Assembly: GCA_000165345.1 (NCBI GenBank)
Contig: CM000432.1
Coordinates: 448,001 to 512,000, forward strand
Length of the DNA: 64,000 nt
Direction of reading: 5' to 3'
Shown: positions 42,068 to 53,173 of the stretch, in pieces
How positions within the stretch are numbered: position 1 is the stretch's first letter
How the letters are laid out: each line of letters opens with the position of its first letter
The notes under the pieces: model-generated
The model's input: the letters and a program-made list of their open reading frames with translations, nothing else
Databases searched by the model: none
What the model was told of the DNA's origin: nothing
Translations under genes and position numbers: made by a program

Positions 42068-44249
42068 TTACCTTGAATAAATACTTCTCTTGTTTTTTCT
42101 ATTAAGTTTGTGGATTTTAAGATCATCTTTGTACGCCAGTACAACTGAATCGCTATTATTATAAAAGGTAGAACAATCCTCAACTCTACTTTCAACTTCT
42201 TTAATTGAATAAGAATATAGATTACCTCTTTTTACGGCTTCAAAGTCCCAAACTATAACAAAATTATCTATGCTTGTAACGATTTTAGTTTCCGCCCAAA
42301 ATCCTTCTGGCCCTTGGCATTGGTCAAATCTGGCAGGCGTGAAGTTAACTTCTGTAATTTTGTAATGAAACAAATCTTCGGGCTTTAAACGCAGTTTCCT
42401 GGATGGAGGTTTATTCCTCAGACTTGAAACAAATCCATTTCTACCTTCAGATCCAGAGTTTTCTTCTTGCTCAGTTACTGGATATAAGTGAATACAATTT
42501 TTTGTAGTTGCGAGAATCCAATTACCATTTCTAGTCACATCTACGGATATAATTGGAGACCCAAATGAATTAAGTAGTGTCTTTGCCTTTTTAAATTCTC
42601 CATCTTTGTTCATTGTACCATCATATAATCTTAGCTCTCCTAAGTCGTTGCCAATCAATATATGTCCATCTTTATCAGTTGCCATACTACTAAAAAGAAC
42701 ATTAGACCTATATATCTTTGAAGTAAATCTGTTGGAAGACTCCTTGATCCTACTATCCATTATAAACATTGCGCTGTTACTTAATCCCAAAAACGTTGGA
42801 ACTGGAGTGGATTGAGAATCTTTGCTTGACAGTCCTAAACAAGAAATTGGAAGTCCATTTGCATCCCAACGACGTAAAATTTTTTCATTTGTCAAATCCA
42901 TTTGATAAACATAATTAGGATCTGTTTCCGACAGAAACAACATTTGGGTTTCACAGTTGTGTAGTTGGCCTCCTACAGGAAGTACACTTTGATTTTCGAA
43001 TTCAATATTTTTAATTACAGAAATATTTCTTGCAGGAGTTCCACTAATATTATAATTGCTTCCTTCCGATTCTGTGTTTTTAAATACAGCAATTTCTGAC
43101 TTCCCATTACGCCTATTTGCCCTACCAACAAAAGTATTTTCATGTCCTATTAACATATATTTGTGATTCAAATACAATTCGTTATTTTTTGTTACTCTCC
43201 TAGGAGTTGAATAACATTCATTTTCTACTTCATCAGCTGAACAAGTGTGGTCACTTTCATTATCGCTGCATTCCCACATAATCTGATCTTTGCTGGGATT
43301 ATAGTTATCATCCAGGTCCATTTTATAACTCACTCCATAGTCTGAAACTTCGTTTTTAATGATTTCAGAAATACTTTTTCTTGGCCTTTTTTCTTCCGGA
43401 TTTACTTGATCTATGTGCTCTAAAAGTTTAGCAATAAATCCATCAATTTCTTCCTCTGAGCTATAGAAGGATTTGTTATCTTCGCCTTCATTCTGTATTC
43501 TTTTAAAATGAATTCGATATCTTTTTCTTATTTCGTCCTGATTAAACCCATAAAATTCAACAACTCTTTCACTTAATTTAGGCAAAAAAAGAATGTTATC
43601 CCCAATTATACTGGCAAACAGTACTTCGCCTTTTCCTGATAAATTCTTAATAGAAAAAATTGTGTCTTTGAAGTCTTTACTCGACAAAAGCTCGCAAATA
43701 GCATTTAGGCTTATTGGCTTCCATTCTTCAGCGTTAAAGCTCAAAATAGAATCTCTTTTCTTTTTAGTTATTGTATCATCGTGTTCATACAATTCTATTG
43801 GGATTTGATCTTTTATACTGCAGAGAGAACGAAGAGACAATGTTATATTATACGATAAGAATGAAAGAATATGTAGATCCATATTTTCAAACTCGAAAAC
43901 GAATTTTACCAAATCTTGTCCTGACCTCGTAATAATTATAAATTCACCCTGTTTATTACTATGAAAGTAATGTATATTCTTAAAATTGAATATATAATTT
44001 TCTTTTTGATCATCATTTGGATTTACACCGCTCATGATTATGTCATCTTCAATATTCATGCAGCAGGATTTAAGTACAAGCTGGTATGTCTTTCCGTTAC
44101 ATTTATACAGAGACCCTAAACAATAGTATTTAGTTCGTTTGATACTAGTTTAAACTGTCTAACTTACCATGATAGCTTTTACTAATTTTAGGGGAATCAC
44201 CAGCACTCGCAGAAAATCCAGTAAATATTCTTCGTATTAAACCACTCAT
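42068..44249 (-). CDS. VID27: VID27-like cytoplasmic protein (PH-like N-domain plus C-terminal beta-propeller), 2 exons
   Basis: Exon 1 is 44168..44249 and reads MSGLIRRIFTGFSASAGDSPKISKSYH. A 52-nt GTAAGT...TGTTTAG intron lies at 44116..44167. Exon 2 is 42068..44115. The blocks AVFKNTESEG, QMLFLSETDPNYVYQMDLTNEKILRRW and KIVTSIDNFVIVWDF align with yeast Vid27 (GVFKTDDEDD, PMLYMEDRNLILTDGENENKLYKMDIERGKVIEEW, TIVTSTGPYAISWSL). Confidence 0.65.
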
Positions 44250-44506
44250 ATGTATTCGTTGTTTTTGGCATTAAATTAATTTTCACTAAGATAATATTTT
44301 ATGCTCCAAGGAGATTAATTATTATTCTATTAACAATTTGCTATAAAATGTACCGAGGGCGGGGATAATTCATGTTTTTTTTAATTAGATCTCTTAGAAG
44401 TTCTCGAAAGTAACTGAAAGTGAATAATTAATTTTTATAAAATGAACTTAATTGGAATAGTTTAAATATTAGAAAAATAATAATTGTTTTGCGGGCAGAA
44501 AAAAAG

Positions 44507-44591
44507 TGCGTAGAATGGGATTCGAACCCATGAGAGCATACGCTCATTAGATCTTGAGTCTAACGCCTTAGACCAACTCGGCCATCCACGC
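44507..44591 (-). tRNA. tRNA-Leu(CAA): tRNA-Leu (anticodon CAA), class II with long variable arm, no intron
   Basis: The minus-strand sequence is GCGTGGATGGCCGAGTTGGTCTAAGGCGTTAGACTCAAGATCTAATGAGCGTATGCTCTCATGGGTTCGAATCCCATTCTACGCA. The 7-bp acceptor stem carries one G-U pair. The D-arm GCCGAGTTGGTCTAAGGCG is typical of tRNA-Leu. The anticodon loop is CTCAAGA, the extra arm is long, and the T-loop is TTCGAAT. The discriminator is A, and the gene is followed on its own strand by T7, a Pol III terminator. Confidence 0.9.
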
Positions 44592-44808
44592 GCCGCTACT
44601 ACCGACCGTTTATTGTAAAATATATTCAATAACAAGAAACTAAAAATCAGCCAAATTGACGAGGGGGCGTCAATAAAAGTAAATAGTGGTTTAAGTGAAG
44701 AAATGAATTAAATTGACCTAGGAGTACTATATACCTGTAATATATGTTAATTTTAGTTACATTTTGAGAAGTGGCAAATAAGGAGCTATTTATTTGGTAA
44801 AAAAAACA

Positions 44809-45329
44809 TTAAATAAAGTCTCCATACCTGCCTCTTAATTGTCTAGCTAATCTTATATCTCTTGGTAGTAATGTAACTCTTTTGGAGTGCAATGTGCATA
44901 AATATGCATCCTCGAATAACCCTTGTAAAAATGCTTCTGCTGCGCATTGAATAGCATGCAAAGCCTCTGCATTCCATCTCCACATTTCGCCATGTGGCAC
45001 AAATTTTAATGTAACCTCTCTAACAACGCGAGCAAAAGGTAGTTTAGCAATAAGTAAATCAGTTGAGGCTTGATATTTTCTAATTTCTCTTAATGCAACC
45101 GTTCCTTAAATAAATATAATTTGAACACAGAATAAATTATTTAGCTTACCTGGTCTTCTTCTATATCTCCTTGGGCTAATGGGGCTACTACTAATTGCTC
45201 TATTATTCGTTGATTGGTGAAGAATAGGAGTCTAGAGAACTAATGAATATGTTGCATAAATGGAATTAATCAACTTACTTTTGACGGATATTTTGCAATT
45301 CGCTTGCTTGAAGTTTTAGAACGAGCCAT
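44809..45329 (-). CDS. cenH3: centromeric-type histone H3 variant (CenH3/CENP-A-like), 3 exons
   Basis: The exons are 45279..45329, 45150..45231 and 44809..45104. The introns are 45232..45278 (GTAAGT...TCTCTAG) and 45105..45149 (GTAAGC...TTTAAG). The product is [136 protein letters not shown].... It has an H3 histone fold with a divergent N-tail and a lengthened loop 1, as in CenH3. Confidence 0.8.
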
Positions 45330-45745
45330 AATCAATGAACCAATAGAAATTACTATTGAAGCCGTTAAAACAACGACTGCAATAGTAATAATTGTTAATT
45401 ATCAGCTCTAGACTAATTATTTAGTATTACTTGAAATATCTATTTATTAATTCCAGAAAAATATATCGTTTTCCAAATGAAGCCCGTTTCATGCATGAAT
45501 AATATCTTAATTAAACAACCAAAATATTCAAAAAAAATTATTCTTTTTAAGAAAGAAATTAAGTTTAATATCTAATTTTTTTTTATAAAAAAACTTTCAC
45601 ATGTATAAATTTATTTTATATTCTTTGCAAATTATTTGGCTTTGTCGTCTGTCCATCTAGTTAGTATATATTTCTTTTAAATGTGGGTAATGATTTGGCG
45701 CTGGCGGCACTGCTGCTTTTTTTTAAGCTTAAACTTCTAACATTT

Positions 45746-46718
45746 ATGTTAAAAATAATAGAAAGCAAATCACATGCTCTTACACACAAGATAATACACT
45801 CTGGCTTGTTGCTTATTTCAATAAGTATTGATCACGGAGAAGAAAGTAAATTCTCAAAGTGGAAATGTGCTCCTAAACTTTACTTTATTATCCCAAGAAT
45901 AGGTTATTTATTATCTTTGATTGACACTATTCAGGACTATTACGCTTCTATTGATAAGGAATTTTATAATTTAATTGAAAACACTTTCTCTTGGTTTGAG
46001 TACGATGGTTTGGTCATAAATAGGTAATTTATTTTTTAATAATTACATTAAATTGTATCCTTTCTAAGCCAATTCCCTGTAGGAATATTATTTGATAAGT
46101 ATCACAAAAGCAATGATAGCGTTTCATTCAACATTAAATTGGTTCTTCAATACAATAATAGTAATAAAAATAATCGGAAAGCTCCTTTTTTTTCTGAAGA
46201 AAACTCAGTATTTAATAATAACTTGATTAAGATTATTACAAATAACATTAAGCTATCTCAAACTGTAATGTTTGGAGATTGCAGAAAACTTCAAATGATG
46301 AATAAGAAAGATTACAATGAACTATTTGATTCTATATACTCTCTCTCCAAGACAACAGGTGAATACGAGAAGATAATTCATCGATTGTTCGGGTCAGCAA
46401 ATGAAATATATTTCAATACTAAGTAAGTTCTTCAGTATTTAAGCTTTAATAATTTAAAAAAAAAAAATTAGGAATATTCCGGTAAAAATTCACGTTAAGA
46501 ACGAATCATTTTTGAGATCATTCAAAAAAGATATTAACAATCAACTAATTGAAATAAAAGATATTCTAAACCATTTCAAATTTGAAACTAATGTGAGCTT
46601 AGATTCAAATAAAGTAATTTTTCATGGGGTCGCACTACCATTAAATACGCCATTAATATTTTTAACAATATTTTGCCCTTATATTGATGGGATTGTTCAA
46701 TTAGTTATTAAAGATTAA
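45746..46718 (+). CDS. ATG5: autophagy protein ATG5, 3 exons
   Basis: The exons are 45746..46023, 46069..46422 and 46472..46718. The donors are GTAATT and GTAAGT, and the acceptors are TCTAAG and AATTAG. The product aligns with human ATG5 throughout. IHSGLLLISISIDHGE aligns with VWFGRIPTCFTLYQDE, PKLYFIIPRIGYL with PYYLLLPRVSYL, and SWFEYDGLVIN/SQFPVGILFD with [21 protein letters not shown]. In addition, VIFHGVALPLNTPLIFL aligns with VMIHGIEPMLETPLQWL. The track splits it into three TTG/GTG-started ORFs. Confidence 0.7.
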
Positions 46719-46723
46719 TAATA

Positions 46724-47099
46724 TTAGCTTCCTATATTAGTGTTTGTAGAATTGTTTTCAGATGCGCCTCTCTGATCAAGCAATACATTATTAGGCATAA
46801 AGTAGATAGACATAAACCCCATAGTTAGGAACCCAATAAGTGTAATCGTTCTCTGGAAATCGCTATTGTTGGAGGTTGTTATACTTGAAAATATCAAGAC
46901 TACTGAAAGAAAGAATAACTGTTTTATCTGGAAAATTGCTGCTGAAAATCCAGTTATCATCCCTCCTATCAAAATCAACTCCGAAAGCAGAGTGGCTTTA
47001 GTTGCTAAAAATCAAGTAAAAATTATTAATCAAACACATTTTTGGCATACCTGATCTCAATATTTTAATGAAAGGTACGGACTTAGAATCATCTATCAT
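46724..47099 (-). CDS. small multi-pass membrane protein (about 114 aa), 2 exons
   Basis: Exon 1 is 47051..47099 and reads MIDDSKSVPFIKILRS. A 46-nt intron at 47005..47050 runs GTATGC...TTTTTAG. Exon 2 is 46724..47004. The product has three hydrophobic helices, and its identity is unresolved (weak EMC6/DAD1-like). Confidence 0.45.
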
Positions 47100-47147
47100 T
47101 TTAAAAATTTCTAATTAAAAAAAATAGCAATTTCCCTACATCCACTG

Positions 47148-47155
47148 TTGGCGCG
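47148..47155. promoter_or_regulatory. E2F-like site TTGGCGCG between the Pcf11-like 3' end and the start of the small membrane protein gene
   Basis: An exact read. Confidence 0.4.
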
Positions 47156-47184
47156 TAAATATTCTTAGTCTAAATGATAGACAA

Positions 47185-50150
47185 CTACATAAATAAAAAC
47201 TTTTTATTATTCTCCTTCTGAACTGTTTTGATATTAATACTGTTCATGTTAATATCACTTAGATTTGGAATTGAATACTTATATTTCTGTGTTTTCCCTT
47301 TAAGAAAGTTTGAGATTCTATTATTAATATCGTTATAAATGAAGTAGTGTATAAAGCACGACTTATGTGCGGTAACAAACTTATCTCCAACTAGATTCTG
47401 GACGGAACTATTTCCTGATCCAATTGATGAACAATTTTCCTTAAAGGGCCTAAATTTAATTATTTGGTTCGAATTATTTAATACTCTTGTAGGGAACTTC
47501 CACTGAATAAAGCTTAACATTTTGTCGTTAATTTTTTCCTTAATGCTGTTTAATTTAGTAATACTTGCGTCTTGAGATGTATCAACCACAGCCAAGATTA
47601 AATTATGAGATGAGCTTTTCCTATTTTCATCTTCAAATGTATATTTAGTGGAACTTTGTGTGAGAGCTATTGCGTCAGTTGAAATCCAAGATTTATTAAT
47701 TGAGCACCATTTAATATTTAGTGATTCATGACAAATATCGCAAACCATATGTAAATGATCAACTGGAGTATAGGTAGTAATTACACTTTGTGTCATTTCA
47801 TTCCAAAGTGAAGACAAACTATTGCAAATGTCATCTACATCTTTAATTATTTTTCCATAAATATCGTTGTTCGTATCATTAGTGATTGTTACAAGTTTAT
47901 TTAATAACGATTCAAAATCAAAATTAGAAAAATTTTTTAAATAATTTATGTATTGAGCCAACAAGATATTTTTGGATACACCAATAGAAGATGAAACTTT
48001 AACAGTTGGATTAGAACTAGAATCAATTAAATTAACTTCAATTGAATTATCATTAATCCCTTTATGTTCTCTATTTGTTTCAGAAGCCATATGCTTTCCT
48101 GGCTTTCTTTTGAACAATGAGTTAAATAGATCATCAAAGCTGATATTCTTGTCACTAATTTGAGAAACTTCATTCGTGAAATCATTCGATTTCTCACCAA
48201 TTGAATTTCCTAATTTGTCATTATCGCTCATAAAATCCTTACTTTCACCAGAAATTTCGGGTGAGGTCTCACCTAATATATTTTTATCGGAACTGTAAAT
48301 CCAATCCTGAAGAGAAGGCCATAGAATTTGAAAGTTTGAACTTTGTTTTCTTTGTCTAAATATAAGATTTTTCGTTAGATGAATTTGAATATGCGATTCT
48401 TTCTTTTTGCTGTCAATAAATCTATAGCCACAAGTATGGCATTGATTCGGTCTCTCAGCATAATACATCGAAACATTTGCCTGCAAATTGAAATCATTTA
48501 TATTATCAATTATTCTTTTCCTAATGAAATGTGATTTTAACCAAACAGATCTTTTGAACTGAATTGAAGCGTCAACATTCTCTTGGAGTTTTTTGAATAA
48601 AAGTAGCAAATTACTTATTTCTTTAACTTGAAGGCCTTCCAAAAAAATACTTTGATCCCCTCTACCGTCTATAACGTATGAATCTATTCTCCTTAGATTA
48701 TCAGATTCTATTCTTGAATTACCACGAAATAGTTGATTCCAAACAGAAAACAAAATGGATGATGTACTATTTTCTAAAAATCTTGGTGAAAATGTTTTTT
48801 TAATATTACCAGCAATCCCTGATGTGCTTAATGTCGATGCAGAAGATATTGAAGATGATACCGTTGGAGACAACTGTTGTGGGGCGGTGCTAGAGTGAGG
48901 AATATTCATTTTTGATTGAGGCTGGGAAATAATTGGTTGTGCGGATAAAATACCAGATTGGTGTTTTTGATGTTGAATCTGTGCCTTGGATTGTACTACT
49001 GCAGCGGCAGCGGCCGCTGCTGCTGCTGCTGCTGCTGAGACTGATGGAGATACAACAGGATTTGAAGTTGCTGGTAGTTTAACAGATTGATTGGAAGACA
49101 TTTGAGGAGGAGAGACATGCTGCTGTAGAGAAGAAGGTATTCCGATCTGTTTTACAGATTGGGAATTTGAATGATTAAAGTGAGTTTGATTCATTGAATT
49201 AACCTCAGAGTTCCTATTTACTTTGTTAATTGTAATCTCTTGTTTTTGTCTTTTACTAACTGGAAGTTGATCATTTATAGGGTTAACATGTTTATGTTCA
49301 AAATTATTTGACTCTATATTCATTACCAAAGTGTCCATTAACTTTTGGGACTCTTGAATCTTCCCATAAGTGTTCAAGTATGCTATCTTATGTACAATAG
49401 GATCTGAAACCAACTTATTCAATAGAATATTACCTCCATCAGAGATGTTACACTTTTTTATAATTGTTCTTGAGATACTTGTATATATTTCGTTAAGTCT
49501 AGCAGCTTCCGTTCCTGCATGTGACGTTTCAGCTGTGTTTGTAGTAGTCCCGTTTATACCAACGCTAGAGCTGGGGGCTATATTACTTCCAGTGCTTAAA
49601 TTGGGGCTTGTTAATTTAGAAGATACGGAGTTTATGTTATTAACTTCTATTTCTATTGGTGGCTCATTCAATTTTGATCGCACACTATTAGTAGTGGAAA
49701 TAAGTTTTTGAACAATATCTTGAGGGAACGAATCACTCCATACTTTCAAAAGTTTTTCTAAGGAACGTAGTATTTGAGGTGATGTTTTTGTTGTGTAAGC
49801 TTCGGCAAAGTATGGTGCGATATAAGGCAAAAAATATGGAAAAAATATAGAACCCGATCGGCATTTGCGAACGATAGAGTCTACCAAACATAAAAGAACA
49901 TACTTCCTTGGAATATCTGACCTTGGAATCTCTTCTAAAATAACGCTTGCAATAATATGGGCATATTGTCGCTGATCTTCTGCAAGCAAAGTTAAATTCT
50001 GAATCATCTTTCCTGATCCTGCAGGCCCTCTTAAATTTCTTAGAACTTCAGCGTACCTTATTCGAACTAGTTTCTCTAAAATTAAATGAATAACGCAATG
50101 AGATTATACTTTCAATAGCTTTTCAACTTACCTGGACTAGAGCTATCCAT
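47185..50150 (-). CDS. CID (RNA polymerase II CTD-interaction) domain protein with C-terminal zinc finger, Pcf11-like; 2 exons
   Basis: Exon 1 is 50132..50150 (MDSSSP), followed by a 56-nt GTAAGT...AATTTAG intron at 50076..50131, and exon 2 at 47185..50075. The spliced N-terminus is MDSSSPEKLVRIRYAEVLRNLRGPAGSGKMIQNLTLLAEDQRQYAHIIASVILEEI...VLLCLVDSIVRKC...LEKLLKVW, a CID/RPR-type helical domain. YAERPNQCHTCGYRFIDSKKKESHIQIH is a Pcf11-type zinc finger. A (GCN)12 poly-Ala tract lies inside the gene. Confidence 0.6.
49001..49036. repeat. (GCN)12 trinucleotide microsatellite encoding a poly-Ala tract on the minus strand; includes a GCGGCCGC site
   Basis: The sequence is GCAGCGGCAGCGGCCGCTGCTGCTGCTGCTGCTGAG. 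It sits inside the Pcf11-like CDS and is extremely GC-rich relative to its surroundings. Confidence 0.8.
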
Positions 50151-50377
50151 CCTGATGGAAAATACAATGAACTCAAATTTTAAATCATAATATGTAAAAA
50201 CGGTCAAGAGGCAACTGTGGCCAGCAAAAGAAGTTATAGAATGCTTTAATATTGATTCTTAAATCTAAGAAAAGAATGTATTGATAAGGGCGATATTAAC
50301 AATTTGCATTCAATAAATAACTTATGTAACAGAATACGTAATTATTAATTTAAAAAATAAAACCGCCTTGGCTTTTG

Positions 50378-50385
50378 CGCCAATC
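50378..50385. promoter_or_regulatory. E2F-like site GCGCCAAT (reverse complement ATTGGCGC) in the divergent promoter region between the Pcf11-like and XRCC2-like genes
   Basis: An exact read. A second GC element, AACCGCCTTGGC, lies just upstream. Confidence 0.45.
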
Positions 50386-50537
50386 TCACTGCAATATCAA
50401 GTTTATTTAAAATTCATCACTTATGGTAAATAAAAATTATTACAAAATACCTAATTAATAATCCTGCCTATTGTGTGCAAGGCTTTACATAGTTCAGAAA
50501 ACACTTTTAATGCAATAATGTAATTTATATATATGAA

Positions 50538-51599
50538 ATGATTAAAGGAATTTCTGCATTAGAGCTATTACACCGTGAAACAGCATCTACAAATCGAATA
50601 AAAACTCTTTGTGGTACCCTTGATAAAATGCTTTGTATGTTTGAAAACAAACACTTTCCTATTGATTTCTTTTATTTTAAATAGGTGGAGGAATTATTAT
50701 TGGCAAAGGAATTATTGAATTATGCGGTGTTCCAGGAAGTGGAAAAACTCTCTTGTGCAAAATATTAGCTTTAAATATTCAAATCCCAAAAAGTATTGGT
50801 GGGCCAGGCTTGAATGCAATATATATAGGTAAGTCTGTTCTTATTTTCCATAGATCAATTTATTCCACTAAGATTCAGAAGGTGGTTTTAGTGATAATAG
50901 GCTAAGAGAAATCTCAAAAAGTACACTCAATTATATTAATGCGAAAAAAAAAACAGAAGATATGACCTGTGAGAATTTGATTAAAAACATTAAATATATA
51001 AGAATTTTTGATTTGGAAGAATTAATTAATGTATTAACTTTACTGCCTTCTGTAAGTTTAAAGCAAAGTTTTGAGTTATTTACCATTTTTACTAGATGTG
51101 CAAGAATAATAATATTGGCATAATAATAATAGATTCAATAAGTATGCTCATCCGTATTTGTAATTTAAGTAAGTATTGTGCTCATATTATTTTAAATACT
51201 TTATTTTTAGATAACCAACCGTATAGATTAAAAATGCAACAAAAGATTGCAAAAACTTTAGAAAACATGTCCAAAGAATACTCTCTTTCAATAATCGTCA
51301 CTAATCACATGACAAAAAAATATTTCGATGATCAAAAAAAAAAAGATCAATTCGCAAATGTTGCTACAGGAAAAAAAAATTTAGAGCCTTCTTTGGGCTT
51401 ATCTTGGAATTCACTGATTTGTGAAAGGCTAATTTTGAAACGTGAAAAGGATCTTAAGGCTGATAGTGAAGCTTTAAATACCATTTCCGTAACCAACAGT
51501 TTTGGTGAAGTTGCATTTTTTAAGGTAATTTATTCCTAAAATTAAAATAATATTAACTCTTGTCATTAGATCAATTTAAATGGGATTCAAGATTATTAA
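50538..51599 (+). CDS. XRCC2: Rad51 paralog, XRCC2-like; 6 exons
   Basis: The exons are 50538..50634, 50685..50828, 50879..51051, 51096..51168, 51211..51524 and 51570..51599. The donors are GTATGT, GTAAGT (three times) and GTAATT. The Walker A motif is ELCGVPGSGKTLLCKILALNIQIPKSIGGPGLNAIYIEGG, to be compared with XRCC2 [38 protein letters not shown]. The Walker B motif is IGIIIIDSISMLIR and the C-terminus is FFKINLNGIQDY, to be compared with HFFIIGESGVEFC. The fourth intron is 42 nt and frame-preserving, so the track reads through it. Confidence 0.6.
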
Positions 51600-51681
51600 A
51601 AAAATTTATTAAAGTAGATATTTAACTCATTTCTATTTATAATATTTTTAAATAGCGACCTAAGAAAAACTCCTTTTCTTC

Positions 51682-51693
51682 TGCATGCATGCA
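51682..51693. promoter_or_regulatory. TGCATGCATGCA upstream of the cyclin gene
   Basis: An exact read, about 100 nt 5' of the ATG at 51796. It shares the 14-mer GCATGCATTTTTAG with the copy at 62297. Confidence 0.4.
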
Positions 51694-51795
51694 TTTTTAG
51701 AATTCGAAAATATTTTGTTTGTACAATTTTTAACTATTATTTAAAACTTGAATACTTCTTCTCAATTCATCATTTTAAGATATATAATTAATAAA

Positions 51796-53109
51796 ATGAC
51801 AATATTATTTAAAAAACTTAAAGAAAATGAAACATTTAAACATTTCTTTCGTCAAGTCTCAAAATACTTGGAAGGTAACTCAGATGAAAGCAAAGAAAAT
51901 AAAAGTAATATCTCTAAATGTAACTTAAAGACAAATTATCAATTAATAAAAAGAGAAAATGGTAAAGAAAATAATTATATTAGTGTCAATAACACTGAGT
52001 TTTCATCTGGAATTTTTGAATTTAGTAATAACTTCGAAAAAAGTGAATATAATGAATCAAAACCAGTTAAAAAATTCAAATTTAACATTGGGCAGATTTT
52101 CACAAATAGGATTCTTTCTAAACAAAATGATTATAATATGAAAAGGATTTATACATATTATAGAGAATGTTACAAAAAACAAATTGAGCCAGGTAAAACC
52201 TTAATAGATTTTAGAAGAGAGATAATCGGAGAAATGTCAGAAATTATTTGGAAATATCACCTTAATGAAGAAATACTTTTCCTTACAGTACATTTCATGG
52301 ATAATGTTATTATTAAAGATCAAATAGAGGAAGAAAACTCATTAGAAAGATTAAGATATTTGGGCTTCACATGTCTATATATCACTATTAAAATTGAAAG
52401 AGTGGTGAATTTTAACTTTAAAGAAATTATTAAAAAGCTTTCTTTAAATTCTATTAAATTAATTAGTATGGAGAAATATGTGTTAAATCAACTTACATTT
52501 AAGTTGAACCCTATTTCATCACTCTTTCTTCTGCAATTTCAAATGGGAATTATAATGGAAAGCTATTTAAAGGATATTATTGGGGTAGAAAATATTGACT
52601 ATTCAAGGAAAAACTCAGAAAATAAATATTTTAATTATAGTTATTCAGATAAATATAATAGCCAGATTGTTCAAAGTTATAATTCAAATAGAGTTGGAAA
52701 CGAAGATCAATTGGAGAACAGTTCATCACTATTAATCAATGTATTGAATATGAAAAGTAGCAAAGGGATAAATAAAGTATTGGAATATTTCATCAGCTGT
52801 TATTTATTGGAGATATGCCTCTATGATATTGAAATATTAAAATATTCTCCTTTATCTCAAGCAGTTTCTGCACTATTCATTGCGAAAGAATGTTTAGGAG
52901 CAAGAAAGGATAGCATTGAGGAAGAATGTATTAACGAATATTTTAACATGGAAGTATTGATCGAGGATTATGTGTACAGAAATATTAATGCGATTAAAAG
53001 AACATTAAAATATCCCTACATTAAAAAAATTTCTACAACAAAGAAATACCTAACGAATGAATATATGAACGCAGCTAATTATGTTTTGAGGCTTATATAC
53101 CCAAAATAA
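51796..53109 (+). CDS. cyclin (cyclin-box fold protein)
   Basis: The cyclin N-domain spans EMSEIIWKYHLNEEILFLTVHFMDNVI...RLRYLGFTCLYITIKIERVVNFNFKEIIKKLSLNSIKLISMEKYVLNQLTFKLNPISSLFLLQ. The real ATG is at 51796; the track start at 51748 is a TTG. Confidence 0.7.
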   Translation: MTILFKKLKENETFKHFFRQVSKYLEGNSDESKENKSNISKCNLKTNYQLIKRENGKENNYISVNNTEFSSGIFEFSNNFEKSEYNESKPVKKFKFNIGQIFTNRILSKQNDYNMKRIYTYYRECYKKQIEPGKTLIDFRREIIGEMSEIIWKYHLNEEILFLTVHFMDNVIIKDQIEEENSLERLRYLGFTCLYITIKIERVVNFNFKEIIKKLSLNSIKLISMEKYVLNQLTFKLNPISSLFLLQFQMGIIMESYLKDIIGVENIDYSRKNSENKYFNYSYSDKYNSQIVQSYNSNRVGNEDQLENSSSLLINVLNMKSSKGINKVLEYFISCYLLEICLYDIEILKYSPLSQAVSALFIAKECLGARKDSIEEECINEYFNMEVLIEDYVYRNINAIKRTLKYPYIKKISTTKKYLTNEYMNAANYVLRLIYPK

Positions 53110-53173
53110 CGGATCGAATAACCCATATCCGTATAGAATTTTAATAGTTTAAAAATCTAAGTAAATTCCTGTA

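Noticed and set aside
50124-50135. ACTTACCTGG, which matches the 5' end of U1 snRNA; also seen at 45143-45153
   Set aside because: It is simply the reverse complement of consensus 5' splice sites (CCAG|GTAAGT) of minus-strand genes, Pcf11-like and CenH3. No snRNA body or Sm site follows.
51169-51210. Treating the 42-nt GTAAGT...TTTTTAG segment in the XRCC2-like gene as coding, as the ORF track does
   Set aside because: It has perfect intron signals and intron-like composition, and its removal improves alignment with XRCC2 (DSISMLIRICNL/NQPYRL). Retention is frame-preserving, though, so I flag it as ambiguous rather than rejecting it fully.
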